In this document: piece after piece, positions 29,974-40,218 of the stretch
Position numbering within the stretch: position 1 is the stretch's first letter
Layout of the letters: each line of letters opens with the position of its first letter
IMG/VR virus record: IMGVR_UViG_3300020478_000004
Coordinates: 32,001-96,000 of that record
Length of the DNA stretch: 64,000 nucleotides
Direction: 5' to 3' (one strand)
Origin: a virus
Position numbers and translations under genes: made by a program
The notes under the pieces: generated by a model
The model's database searches: none
Told to the model about the DNA's origin: nothing
Seen by the model: the letters and a program-made list of their open reading frames with translations, nothing else

Positions 29974-30689
29974 AAACAAAAAAAGAATTAGCCTGGGAAC
30001 GTAAATTACAACAAGATATTGATCATTCGCACTTAACTGATGAAGAATGGTATATGGTAGGAGTGTGTAAACCATATACTATGACAAGCGGTAAAAGACT
30101 TTTACATACATTTAATACTGTTAAAGAACTAGATAAAAATAATATTAAAGGTGATATAGTAGAATGTGGAGTATGGCGTGGCGGACAAATAATTAGTGCC
30201 TGGTTAGCAAATAAAACAACAAATAGAAATTTTTGGTTGTTTGATACATTTGAAGGAATGACTCCTCCAACAACTAATGATTATAAAATTAATCCAGATG
30301 GATCAAAAGGATTTGCTCATGACAGTGGTAAAGCAAAAGCAGGTTATGATCAATGGTGTAGAGCAGAATTACAAGAAGTTGTAAACAATTTAAATCCATA
30401 TATTCCACAAAAGCAAACACATTACGTTGTTGGAGATATATGTGAAACACTTAAAAATCCAAAAAATATTCCTGATCAAATTGCATTACTTCGTTTAGAT
30501 ACCGACTGGTATGACAGTACAATGGCCGAATTAACACATTTATGGCCTAAAGTAGTGTCAGGCGGTATATGTGTACTAGATGATTATAACAGTTGGCAAG
30601 GTAGTAAAAAAGCCTTTCATGACACCTTTGGAGATACAATAAAGATACATACTATTGACCAGGTGGCAGTCTGGTTTCAGAAGGAGTAA
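29970..30689 (+). CDS. TylF/MycF-family sugar O-methyltransferase
   Basis: GDIVECGVWRGG, FDTFEG, LRLDTDWYDST, DDY. Confidence 0.88.
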   Translation: MKTKKELAWERKLQQDIDHSHLTDEEWYMVGVCKPYTMTSGKRLLHTFNTVKELDKNNIKGDIVECGVWRGGQIISAWLANKTTNRNFWLFDTFEGMTPPTTNDYKINPDGSKGFAHDSGKAKAGYDQWCRAELQEVVNNLNPYIPQKQTHYVVGDICETLKNPKNIPDQIALLRLDTDWYDSTMAELTHLWPKVVSGGICVLDDYNSWQGSKKAFHDTFGDTIKIHTIDQVAVWFQKE

Positions 30690-30690
30690 T

Positions 30691-31440
30691 ATGGGTACAA
30701 GAGGCATGAGACAATTAAAAAATCCTAATCAGCTACAACTTTCGGAGTTGGCAACAAATAAAGTCTTTATAGGATATGATGTTAGAAGTGATATTCCTTG
30801 GCAGGTTTGTGAGCATAGTATTAAACGATTTAATAATAACATTGAAGTCCAACCATTAGCACAAAAGGATTTACGAGAACGTAAGTTATATTGGAGAGAT
30901 GAAGATAAACTTGCTTCAACGGAATTTACATTTACAAGATTTTTAGTGCCTGCATTAATGAATTATAACGGTTGGGCATTATTTTGTGATGATGATATTA
31001 TATTTTTAGAAGATGTACAAAACTTATTCGATTTAGCTGACAACAAATATGCAGTTATGTGTGTACAACACGATCATAATCCATCACCGGGTATGAAAAT
31101 GGATGGTCGAGTACAAACACAATATCCAAGAAAAAACTGGAGTTCGGTAGTATTATGGAACTGTGGACATCCAAGTAATCAAAAAATTACAGTTGATTTA
31201 ATTAACAATCCTGACACAACAGGAAAATATTTACATAGATTTTCTTGGCTTAAAGATGAAGAAATAGGTAAGATTTCAAACGAATGGAATTGGTTAGTTG
31301 GTTGGTATAAAGAACCACAAGACGGTACACCTAAGGCATTACATTATACAGAAGGTGGACCTTGGTTTAAAAATTATCGTGACTGTGAGTATAATCAAGT
31401 TTGGAAAGATGTACTTGCAGAAACAATGCAAGGGAAATAA
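30691..31440 (+). CDS. GT-A glycosyltransferase (GT8-like)
   Basis: FIGYD, STEFTFTRFLVP, FCDDD (DxD), YPRKNWSS, LHYTEGGPW. Confidence 0.8.
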   Translation: MGTRGMRQLKNPNQLQLSELATNKVFIGYDVRSDIPWQVCEHSIKRFNNNIEVQPLAQKDLRERKLYWRDEDKLASTEFTFTRFLVPALMNYNGWALFCDDDIIFLEDVQNLFDLADNKYAVMCVQHDHNPSPGMKMDGRVQTQYPRKNWSSVVLWNCGHPSNQKITVDLINNPDTTGKYLHRFSWLKDEEIGKISNEWNWLVGWYKEPQDGTPKALHYTEGGPWFKNYRDCEYNQVWKDVLAETMQGK

Positions 31441-31442
31441 AA

Positions 31443-32495
31443 ATGGAATGGGACCCCAGACATTTGAAACCCGAATTAAAAAATTTAGTTAATAACATTT
31501 TAGCCGCAGTTGCACAAGGCAAAGCTAAAGATGCCGTTAATGCTGTAACTGAAGCATTTGAAGATGTTAAATCTCCTGAATTAATTTGTGTTGATAGTGG
31601 AATTAAAAAAGTAGAGAAAAAAGAAAAAGCACCATTTGGATTAGTAGATTCATTTGTAATGGCAATGGCTTTAGGTTCCAATGGAAAATATATTAGAGCA
31701 GATGATTTAGACTGGAACGATAAAACTCCTTTATTAGTTAGAGGTTTAGGCAAAACTAAAATTATTAAAAGATGTATTGAAGAAGGTAGAGATTTTTACT
31801 TTATGGATACAGGGTATATAGGAAATAATCCTAGTCCTTTAAATCCTAATGGTAAAAAGATGTATCATAGAATAGTTAAAAATGCATTACAAAATCTTCA
31901 TATGCCGGCAAGAGATAGAATTGAAGATAAAGGAAAAGATCCTCGTGATGATGATCAAACTGCACAAAGAAAATTAGACGCTAACTTATTAATAAAAGCT
32001 CCCGAACATTATAGTGGTGAAAGATGGAAACGTCTTGGTATACAATTTAAAGACGTTACAAATGGTAGAAAAATACTTGTTGTTCCTCCTAGTGAAAAAG
32101 TTATGAAATTCTTTGAATTAGATTTAGACGTATGGATTGAAAATACTATTCTAGAAATTAAAAAGCACACACAACGTCCAGTAGAACTTAGAAGAAAACC
32201 AAGTAGAGAAGCTAGAGTTTCTACACAAACAATGGAACAAGCATTAGATGAAGATGTACATTGTATGGTTACATTTAATAGTATTGCGGCTTTAGAAGCA
32301 ATGATTTATGGTAAACCTGCGTTAGTATTAGGTCCTAATTGTGCTCAAGATCTTTGTGAGAAAAAGATTGAACGAATTGAATTTATAAAACATCCTGGAC
32401 GAAAACAACTTACATGGCTTTGTCGTTATTTGGCTAATAATCAATTTACGTATGACGAAATGCTTAATGGATATGCTTGGAGTAAAATAAAATGA
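31443..32495 (+). CDS. Capsule-biosynthesis-like (KpsS/KpsC-like GT-B) protein
   Basis: C-terminal VTFNSIAALEAMIYGKPA motif; paralogous to two neighbours. Confidence 0.5.
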   Translation: MEWDPRHLKPELKNLVNNILAAVAQGKAKDAVNAVTEAFEDVKSPELICVDSGIKKVEKKEKAPFGLVDSFVMAMALGSNGKYIRADDLDWNDKTPLLVRGLGKTKIIKRCIEEGRDFYFMDTGYIGNNPSPLNPNGKKMYHRIVKNALQNLHMPARDRIEDKGKDPRDDDQTAQRKLDANLLIKAPEHYSGERWKRLGIQFKDVTNGRKILVVPPSEKVMKFFELDLDVWIENTILEIKKHTQRPVELRRKPSREARVSTQTMEQALDEDVHCMVTFNSIAALEAMIYGKPALVLGPNCAQDLCEKKIERIEFIKHPGRKQLTWLCRYLANNQFTYDEMLNGYAWSKIK

Positions 32496-33418
32496 GAGTA
32501 GTTGGATATACAAAAGTTATTCCTCCTGGAACTAGAACTAAACCATTAAAGCATAATCATAAAGAACAAATTATTCGTAATTTTGTTGCAGGTGTTAGAC
32601 AATGTGGAGATAACGGTTTAGTATATGATGGATTTAATTTATTAGATTGTGATGTTGCAATTATGCAAGGCTTTATACATGATGGAAGTGCCCATGTACC
32701 TCATATACAATTAAGAAGATCTATTTCTGAAAATACTGCCAATAAAGCATTTATAACAGCAGATAGTAATTTATTTTTATATAAAGCAGTAACGAACGAA
32801 CCACATCATTATTTACGATATAGTATTAACGGTGTATTCAATGATACTGGCAATTATTGTAATACTAATTCAGACGACACACAATGGAAAAAAATACAAA
32901 GAGATTTACGAGTTACTTTACAACCTTGGTCATTAAATCAAAGAGAATGCATACTATTATGTTTGCAACGTAATGGCGGTTGGTCAATGAAAGGTAAAGA
33001 TGTTGTACAATGGGCTAATTTAAAAATAGCAGAAATTAGAACATTTAGTAATAGACCAATTATAGTTAGACCACATCCTGGTGATAAGAAAGCACCAGAG
33101 TATACAAAAAATATTCACGGGCCTGATGTACGTATAAGTTTTGAACCACGTATAGAACATGATTTAGCAAAAAGTATGGTCACAATAGTTTATAATAGTA
33201 GCCCGGCAGTGGCCAGCGTAATAGAAGGAGTACCAGTAATCGTGGAAGATCCAGTATCTAGTCAAGTATCTGAAGTATGTCACCGCAAGTTAGCTGACAT
33301 AAATGATTTACAACCATTTAATAGAGACCAATGGATTAAAAATATTGCACAATGCCATTGGAGTTTTGCAGATTTAACATCAGGAGAAGCATGGAACCAT
33401 ATGCGAAAGTTTTTATAA
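32492..33418 (+). CDS. Capsule-biosynthesis-like (KpsS/KpsC-like GT-B) protein
   Basis: IIVRPHP...YNSSPAVASVIEGVPV. Confidence 0.55.
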   Translation: MRVVGYTKVIPPGTRTKPLKHNHKEQIIRNFVAGVRQCGDNGLVYDGFNLLDCDVAIMQGFIHDGSAHVPHIQLRRSISENTANKAFITADSNLFLYKAVTNEPHHYLRYSINGVFNDTGNYCNTNSDDTQWKKIQRDLRVTLQPWSLNQRECILLCLQRNGGWSMKGKDVVQWANLKIAEIRTFSNRPIIVRPHPGDKKAPEYTKNIHGPDVRISFEPRIEHDLAKSMVTIVYNSSPAVASVIEGVPVIVEDPVSSQVSEVCHRKLADINDLQPFNRDQWIKNIAQCHWSFADLTSGEAWNHMRKFL

Positions 33419-33419
33419 A

Positions 33420-33575
33420 ATGGCTATGTCCCCGGCAGAATTTGACCGAGAGCTGGCAAATAGGATATGGTGGATGATAAAGGGCAAAGCAATACCTGAC
33501 CAATATACAGATGAAGATTGTAAAGCAATAGTAAAACGTTATTGGCACAGAGCAATGGAACAAGGAAATGGATAA
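33420..33575 (+). CDS. Small hypothetical protein, 51 aa (absent from the ORF track)
   Basis: Fills the gap between flanking ORFs; MAMSPAEFDRELANRIWWMIKG... Confidence 0.5.
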   Translation: MAMSPAEFDRELANRIWWMIKGKAIPDQYTDEDCKAIVKRYWHRAMEQGNG

Positions 33576-33833
33576 ATGAAAATATTAAAAATTATAATGT
33601 GGCCATTTATAATGGTAAAGAATATATTAGATGGTAATTACTGGGCAGAAAAAATTGGTAATAAAACTGGTGCATATGATAAAGCACATAACAGTAAACT
33701 TGCACAATGGTCGCGTAGCCTTACAGGATGGAAATGGTGGGCATGGCAAATAGGTGGCGGTTTAGTATTTGTTGTTGTAATAGAGATGTTATTAAATTTT
33801 ATAGGCCTTAGTATGTTGCCTTGGAGATGGTAA
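33576..33833 (+). CDS. Small Trp-rich membrane protein
   Basis: C-terminal hydrophobic helix. Confidence 0.55.
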   Translation: MKILKIIMWPFIMVKNILDGNYWAEKIGNKTGAYDKAHNSKLAQWSRSLTGWKWWAWQIGGGLVFVVVIEMLLNFIGLSMLPWRW

Positions 33834-34306
33834 TGAAAATTATTGAGAATTGGTTAGAACCAGAGTTAATAGAGTATCTACATGAACAATTTTTGTATAA
33901 TACTCCGCATTATTATACTGAACGCTCAAGTACTGATACATTATTTTATTCTCATGATTTTAATAGTCGCGATCTTTTACTTGGACATTTAGAACTTAAA
34001 CTTAGAACAAATTATCTTACACCAGCTCATGAAATTAATAGAATATTTTTTAATGTACAGCATCCTGGGATGAATGGATCTTTTCATGTAGATTCTAACC
34101 AAGATGATAGTGTAACTGCTATTTTAAATCTTAGCCCTGAGGATGAAGGCGGAGATTTTGTTTATTTAGAAAATGATATAGAAAAAAGAATAAAATATAA
34201 ACGCAATAATTTAATATTACTTAATAGTACTATGCCACATTACGGCGAAGCATTTAAAAAGGATCCAAGACTTACATTGGTGTTTCATACTTATGTCAGA
34301 CATTAA
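33833..34306 (+). CDS. 2OG-Fe(II) oxygenase (prolyl-hydroxylase-like)
   Basis: FHVD...GG.F...HYG...R.TLVF. Confidence 0.75.
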   Translation: MKIIENWLEPELIEYLHEQFLYNTPHYYTERSSTDTLFYSHDFNSRDLLLGHLELKLRTNYLTPAHEINRIFFNVQHPGMNGSFHVDSNQDDSVTAILNLSPEDEGGDFVYLENDIEKRIKYKRNNLILLNSTMPHYGEAFKKDPRLTLVFHTYVRH

Positions 34307-35135
34307 ATTTGTAACTACATTTCATAATCCAGGAATGGTGGAATACGGGCAACGCTTTATTGATAGCTTTGCAGAGCGTGTTGATAAAAATATACATTTA
34401 GTTGTATATGCAGAAGACTGTTGGCCTGATAATCCGGATCCTTTACAAATTATTATTAAAGATCAAAAAGAAGTACCAAAGCTAATAGCATTTAAAGAAC
34501 GTTGGAAAGACGTTCCTAAAGCAAATGGAAAATGTCCTTGGCCTGAAAGACGACCTCGTGATCATCATAAAGAATTTAAATGGCACGCCGTAAGGTTTGC
34601 TAATAAAACGTATACAGTATTTCAAGAAGCACTAGATCCAACTATTAATTGGTTAGTATGGATTGACGCAGATACATTTGTGCATAGTGATTGGAGTTAT
34701 GAGCAAATTAAAAATTTACTACCTAGAGATAAATGGATAACTTATGTAGGTAGAGGTATAGGATCACAAACTTGGCCTGAGTGCGGATTTTATGGATTAA
34801 ATGTTAAAGACAGAATGTGTAAACAATTTTTAACAGAATTTGAAAGATATTATGAAGATGCTGACAATGGTATCTTTACACTAGATGAATGGCATGATTC
34901 ATTTGTTTTCGGTCATATACTAAATCAAATGAAAGCAAAATATCCTAATGTATTAGATTATAGTGCTAACATTTATAATAATACAGCAAAGACTGGGGGT
35001 GGCGGTCATCCTCTAATTAATTCTGTTTTAGGAACATGGCTCGATCATATGAAAGGTGTTCGTAAGTCAGAAGGTAGTAGTAGAAAAAAAGATCTTCTAG
35101 TACCTAGAAATGAGAAGTACTGGAATGAAGTTTAG
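34293..35135 (+). CDS. GT-A glycosyltransferase-like protein
   Basis: VWIDAD (DxD), ECGFY, WHDSFVF, DHMKG. Confidence 0.7.
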   Translation: MSDIKFVTTFHNPGMVEYGQRFIDSFAERVDKNIHLVVYAEDCWPDNPDPLQIIIKDQKEVPKLIAFKERWKDVPKANGKCPWPERRPRDHHKEFKWHAVRFANKTYTVFQEALDPTINWLVWIDADTFVHSDWSYEQIKNLLPRDKWITYVGRGIGSQTWPECGFYGLNVKDRMCKQFLTEFERYYEDADNGIFTLDEWHDSFVFGHILNQMKAKYPNVLDYSANIYNNTAKTGGGGHPLINSVLGTWLDHMKGVRKSEGSSRKKDLLVPRNEKYWNEV

Positions 35136-35976
35136 TTTATGGACAAACTATGGTGCAAAAAATAGTAAACCTGTTTTTGATAGTTTTGCTAGTGGTGTTC
35201 GTATTGCCGGCCACTCTGTTACTTACAATGAGTTTAGTGGTGACGTGGGTGTTATTTGGTCTATTTTGTGGAACGGCAGAATGGCTGACAACAGGAAAGT
35301 CTGGGACTATTACCGTTCGCAAGATAAACCGGTTATAGTACTAGAAGTTGGTGGCATTAAACGAGGCACTACTTGGAAAGTTGGAATTAACGGAATTAAT
35401 AATGAAGCAAACTTTGGTCCTAAAGGTAATGGTCCTGAACGTGCAAAATTATTAAATCTAGAATTACAACCTTGGCGTACTAATGGACGCGACATTATTA
35501 TTTGCGGACAACACGACAAAAGTCATCAATGGCGTCATATGCCACCAATGGCTGAATGGATTTTTCAAACAATTAGTGCAATACGAGAACATACATCAAG
35601 AAGACCTATTATCGTTCGACCCCATCCTAGATGTACAGTAACTACCGAACTTAATAAATTTGAAAATGTAACAATAGAATTTCCTCGCCAAATTCCAAAC
35701 ACATATGATGACTTTGATTTTGATTTCCATAATGCATGGGCAGTAGTGAATTGGTCAAGTAATCCTGCTACCCAGGCCGTAATTGGAGGAGTTCCAGTTT
35801 TTGTTGGGCCTAGTAGTTTAGCTTGGGATGTTGGAAACGATTCATTAAAAGATATTAATAATCCAGTTATGCCTGACCGGCAACAATGGTTAAATGATCT
35901 AGCATATACTGAGTGGACAACGGAAGAAATTTCTCAAGGAATTCCGCTTAAACGATTGACATTTGACATAGAATAA
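35125..35976 (+). CDS. Capsule-biosynthesis-like (KpsS/KpsC-like GT-B) protein
   Basis: IIVRPHP...WSSNPATQAVIGGVPV. Confidence 0.55.
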   Translation: MKFSLWTNYGAKNSKPVFDSFASGVRIAGHSVTYNEFSGDVGVIWSILWNGRMADNRKVWDYYRSQDKPVIVLEVGGIKRGTTWKVGINGINNEANFGPKGNGPERAKLLNLELQPWRTNGRDIIICGQHDKSHQWRHMPPMAEWIFQTISAIREHTSRRPIIVRPHPRCTVTTELNKFENVTIEFPRQIPNTYDDFDFDFHNAWAVVNWSSNPATQAVIGGVPVFVGPSSLAWDVGNDSLKDINNPVMPDRQQWLNDLAYTEWTTEEISQGIPLKRLTFDIE

Positions 35977-35984
35977 AGTATAAT
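35956..35984 (+). promoter_or_regulatory. Consensus sigma70 promoter TTGACA-N17-TATAAT, ATG 6 nt downstream
   Basis: Exact consensus in the sequence. Confidence 0.85.
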
Positions 35985-35990
35985 AGTTTT

Positions 35991-37265
35991 ATGATTGAGA
36001 AATCGTTAACTATTGAAGATTGTTTAGAATTGGTTGCTGGTATTAGTCAATTAAAATATCATAACGACCCTGACCTTTCCAAACTCCAAAATTTTAAATT
36101 ACACGAAGACAATCATAAAATAATGTTTAGTATTGCTAAACAAGTTATGAAAGGTACTGCTTTAACCCAAAGACAATACAATTTAGTTAAAAAGTTATTA
36201 ATCGAATATTATGAACCCCAATTTAAAGCTCACGAAATTGAGCTTAAAGATTGTCTTGGGAAGTTAAGAACTCCTTTAAGAAAAATTAACGACGAGCATT
36301 GGATTAAACTTTTGGATTATAAGGAAATGAAAATGCTTGTTATTCGTTTTCCTTTTAATAAAAAGGTTATAAAGTATATTGAAGAATTAAAAAATAGTGT
36401 TGATAAAGAATACTTTTATGAAGCTCATAAACATTTCTTCCCATACGAAGAAAAGTATGTTTGGAAACTTGTTACTATAGCTAATAAGTTTGAAAGGAAA
36501 TTTAACATTGAAAAACAAGTATTAGACATTTATAATAAATTACTTGAATTCAATAATAATAAAACTGATTATATTCCGGGCATATACAACTATAAAATAC
36601 GTAATATGCCGCAACGTGGTATTGATTATTGTATTAATACTTTAGGAGAACCTTGTAAGGAAAACTTCTACAAGTATTATGATAGACGTCTTATGTTTGG
36701 CTTTGAACATATGGATCCAGATAATTTAATAGAAAGCCAAGGATATCTTTCAATCTTATCACGTAAGATTATAAACAGACGAACTACTACAGTTCTTATT
36801 AATAGTAAGTCTTGGACAATAGATCAAATACTAACTAGTATTCACGAACTAGATAGATATCCATTATTAATTGTTTTAGATAAACATCATGCTATGGATG
36901 AGATATCACAGTTGCATCGTCGTTTTAGAAATTATATTGCACCAACAGAAATGTCTGTTATGTTTAGATTAGATTCTAATCCAAAAGGAAACTTATTTAA
37001 CCATTTCGTCAGAGATGAGAGATTAAATAATATAGTTGACAAGCAAACTAAAATAGTGTATATTAGTACTAATAAGGTTCCTAAACCTTTAATAAAAACA
37101 AATTGGCGACCTATTGCTACATTTACTTTAGGCAGTAAAAGGAACTATACTAAAGTAGACGGCTTTATATCAGGTACTGATTTGTATATGCAGTATGATG
37201 AAGATGCATCACCTTATTTGACACATTCGAATCATTTTGCGGATAACAAAATAGAAAAAATATAA
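35991..37265 (+). CDS. Hypothetical protein upstream of UvsW
   Basis: 424-aa ORF; contains an internal TTGACA-N17-TATATT at 37036-37064. Confidence 0.65.
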   Translation: MIEKSLTIEDCLELVAGISQLKYHNDPDLSKLQNFKLHEDNHKIMFSIAKQVMKGTALTQRQYNLVKKLLIEYYEPQFKAHEIELKDCLGKLRTPLRKINDEHWIKLLDYKEMKMLVIRFPFNKKVIKYIEELKNSVDKEYFYEAHKHFFPYEEKYVWKLVTIANKFERKFNIEKQVLDIYNKLLEFNNNKTDYIPGIYNYKIRNMPQRGIDYCINTLGEPCKENFYKYYDRRLMFGFEHMDPDNLIESQGYLSILSRKIINRRTTTVLINSKSWTIDQILTSIHELDRYPLLIVLDKHHAMDEISQLHRRFRNYIAPTEMSVMFRLDSNPKGNLFNHFVRDERLNNIVDKQTKIVYISTNKVPKPLIKTNWRPIATFTLGSKRNYTKVDGFISGTDLYMQYDEDASPYLTHSNHFADNKIEKI

Positions 37266-38723
37266 ATGGTAAGTTGCAGAATAGTAATTCAAGACGAAGT
37301 TAATGTAAAGGTCGAAAATCTACCGGTAGAATACCGACGTAAGATTGCAAACAAGTTAAAGTTTGCTGTCCCGTATGCTCGATACTTACCTAAATATAAA
37401 TTAGGTCGATGGGACGGTAAGATTAACTTTTTTGGAATTGGAGGAACTGGGTATGTTAACCATCTCGATATTATTGTTAATACTCTTGTAGATTCAGGAG
37501 TTGAAATTGCAGAAATAAAAGATCATAGAGTAAAGCATGATCTTTCATTTAAACAAATTACTAAAAATTATTGGAGTCATAAAACATGGCCTAAAGGACA
37601 TATTGCTGAAGGCGAAAAAATTATATTACGTGACTACCAAGTTGAAGTTGTTAATAACTTTTTAAAAAATCCACAAGCATTACAAGAAGTTGCCACAGGT
37701 GCAGGCAAAACAATTATTACTGCAACATTATCACATCTTTGTGAGAAGTATGGGCGTACACTTGTTATTGTTCCTAATAAAAATTTAGTTACACAAACAG
37801 AAGAAGACTATGTTAACTGTGGATTAGACGTTGGTGTATACTTTGGCGATAGAAAAGAATTAGGTAAAACACATACTATTTGTACTTGGCAAAGTTTGAA
37901 TATACTTGATAAGAAAAGTAAAAACTATGAAGATACATTAACACTTGCAGAATTTTTAGATGGAGTAGAAACATTAATTGTTGATGAAGTACACCAAGCT
38001 AAAGCTGAAGTATTAAAAAAATTACTAACACAGAATTTAAAACACGCACCTATTAGATGGGGACTAACTGGAACTGTACCTAAAGAAGATTTTGAATTTC
38101 AGGCTATACTTGCTAGTTTAGGTCCAGTAATAGGAAAAATAAGTGCTAAAGAATTACAAGATAAAGGAGTGCTATCTAATTGTCATGTTAATGTTGTACA
38201 ATTAATTGATACACCGATACATACCAATTATCAAGAAGAATTAAAATATCTTGTTACAAATAAAGATAGAGTAAAATATATAGGCAAAATGATTAAAACA
38301 ATTAGGGATTCAGGTAATACACTAGTCCTTATTGATAGAATTTCTTCAGGCGAAAAATTACAAGAACAAATACCAGATTCAGTTTTTATTAAAGGCGATG
38401 TAAAATTAGCAGATAGAAAAGAACAATATGACGAAGTTAAAGAAGCAACTAATAAAGTACTTATTGCTACCTATGGCGTTGCTAGTGTTGGCATTAACAT
38501 ACCAAGAATATTTAATTTAATACTAATAGAACCAGGCAAATCATTTGTGAGAGTAATTCAATCTATAGGCAGAGGTGTACGTAAGGCAGAAGATAAAGAC
38601 TTTGTACAAATATGGGATATTACTTCTACGTGTAAGTTTGCAAAGCGACATTTAACACAACGTAAGAAGTTTTACAAGGAAGCACAATATCCCTTTACTA
38701 TTGAAAAAATAGACTGGAATTAA
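37266..38723 (+). CDS. uvsW: SF2 DNA helicase (UvsW-like)
   Basis: LRDYQ, ATGAGKT, DEVH, GLTGT, QSIGRGVR. Confidence 0.9.
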   Translation: MVSCRIVIQDEVNVKVENLPVEYRRKIANKLKFAVPYARYLPKYKLGRWDGKINFFGIGGTGYVNHLDIIVNTLVDSGVEIAEIKDHRVKHDLSFKQITKNYWSHKTWPKGHIAEGEKIILRDYQVEVVNNFLKNPQALQEVATGAGKTIITATLSHLCEKYGRTLVIVPNKNLVTQTEEDYVNCGLDVGVYFGDRKELGKTHTICTWQSLNILDKKSKNYEDTLTLAEFLDGVETLIVDEVHQAKAEVLKKLLTQNLKHAPIRWGLTGTVPKEDFEFQAILASLGPVIGKISAKELQDKGVLSNCHVNVVQLIDTPIHTNYQEELKYLVTNKDRVKYIGKMIKTIRDSGNTLVLIDRISSGEKLQEQIPDSVFIKGDVKLADRKEQYDEVKEATNKVLIATYGVASVGINIPRIFNLILIEPGKSFVRVIQSIGRGVRKAEDKDFVQIWDITSTCKFAKRHLTQRKKFYKEAQYPFTIEKIDWN

Positions 38724-38725
38724 TT

Positions 38726-38953
38726 ATGAAGGAATTCTTAATAAAGGTGAAAGTCGGAGATGAAATTGAGGTAGGAAGGTTTAGAAACGTTTCAACAAAA
38801 ATCAAAGCTATTGAATTTGATGAATACGGACAACCTGTTGTAGTAACTGATAAAGGAAAGAAAAAACTTTTAAGTTGTAGGCTATCAAAATTAAATCCTG
38901 GCAATAAAACACCAAAAGAAATCCTAGCAGACGCTAGAAGGAAAAAGAAATAA
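38726..38953 (+). CDS. Small basic hypothetical protein
   Basis: ORF tightly packed between neighbours. Confidence 0.5.
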   Translation: MKEFLIKVKVGDEIEVGRFRNVSTKIKAIEFDEYGQPVVVTDKGKKKLLSCRLSKLNPGNKTPKEILADARRKKK

Positions 38954-39460
38954 ATGAAGATATTAACCCTGGAAAATAAATGTTTTCTCTTGAATAACCT
39001 ACCAGAAGAACTAACAGATGATGTAAGATTTGCAGTATTAGATAACTCTAATCCAAAAGAACCTGACTTCTTTTTTATACCGCTAATCTTTCTAGAAAGT
39101 TTTAGTTCACCAGCAATGGTATTAGAAATAGGTGGCAAAGAAATAACAATGCCTGTAGATTGGAGTTTAGCAGTAGGCGATAGTAACGGAGCAGGTGAAA
39201 TAGAAATACTACCTTTAACAAGTTTAAATGATAGAGGTTTTGAAGCATTTTTATTTAATCCGTTAACCAGTTATACTTTAAATTGGGGACCTGTTAAGAT
39301 AACTAATTTTTATAACGATGTGAAATGGTACTTTCCTAAAATGAAAAATGGACAGCTTCTAGCTACTCCGATTACCGAAGGTGAGAATCCATTATGTGCA
39401 TACTTTGTTAAAGATATTAGTAGACAAAGTGAAATGATTGATTACGGTGCATTAATATAA
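38954..39460 (+). CDS. Hypothetical protein (possible degenerate Hint fold)
   Basis: 168-aa beta-rich ORF; fold suggestion is by eye only. Confidence 0.55.
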   Translation: MKILTLENKCFLLNNLPEELTDDVRFAVLDNSNPKEPDFFFIPLIFLESFSSPAMVLEIGGKEITMPVDWSLAVGDSNGAGEIEILPLTSLNDRGFEAFLFNPLTSYTLNWGPVKITNFYNDVKWYFPKMKNGQLLATPITEGENPLCAYFVKDISRQSEMIDYGALI

Positions 39461-40218
39461 TGTGGGACGGATCTCAGTATAATTATATGTTTTGGAAAAA
39501 GAAAAATACAATCGTATTAGACGCATATACTGATAGGAAAGAAATATTCGAAGCCTATCAACCTATGTTAGCAAGGAAATTTATTCCCGACTGGTGGAAA
39601 AATTTACCACAGTACAGAGAAACAGATATGCCTGGCTATGATAAAATGCCAGTTGCAACTTTAAGACAATGTCCAGCAATTAATGATATACTTAAAACAG
39701 GAATTATAGTCCCGGCTTGGTGTCAAGTTCATGCAAAAATAGATATGGGCGGTAATAAAGAAATCCATATGGTTCCTAACTATACTCAAGTAAGTCAACA
39801 TGACGAGCGTGACTTTGGTCATCATAAACCTGATATGGTGCATTTAAAAATTACATCTCGTTGGGCGTTTGTAGAAAAAACAGGTGTTAAGTTTGTTTGG
39901 GTTAAACCTGATTGGCATCATAAAAACCCATTAGCATATTGGACAGTTCCTGGTATAATAGAATACAAATATCAACACGCCGTTCTACATAATTTAATGG
40001 TTCCATATAATACTAAATTACAAATTGATACTGGAACTCCGTGGTTACAATTAATACCTTTATCTGAAAAGCCAATAGAAGTAAAATGTCATTTAGTTTC
40101 CACACAAGAATTAGAACAGATAATGAATGCAAATGCACAAATTTCAACAACAGGGGGCTATTTAAAAAAAATAAAAGATATTAGAAAACAGCAGGAGAGA
40201 CTAGATGAAAACGATTAG
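39460..40218 (+). CDS. Hypothetical protein, paralogue of 46713..47435
   Basis: PDWWK...CP.I.D.L..G.I.P.W...GTP..Q.IP shared pattern. Confidence 0.6.
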   Translation: MWDGSQYNYMFWKKKNTIVLDAYTDRKEIFEAYQPMLARKFIPDWWKNLPQYRETDMPGYDKMPVATLRQCPAINDILKTGIIVPAWCQVHAKIDMGGNKEIHMVPNYTQVSQHDERDFGHHKPDMVHLKITSRWAFVEKTGVKFVWVKPDWHHKNPLAYWTVPGIIEYKYQHAVLHNLMVPYNTKLQIDTGTPWLQLIPLSEKPIEVKCHLVSTQELEQIMNANAQISTTGGYLKKIKDIRKQQERLDEND

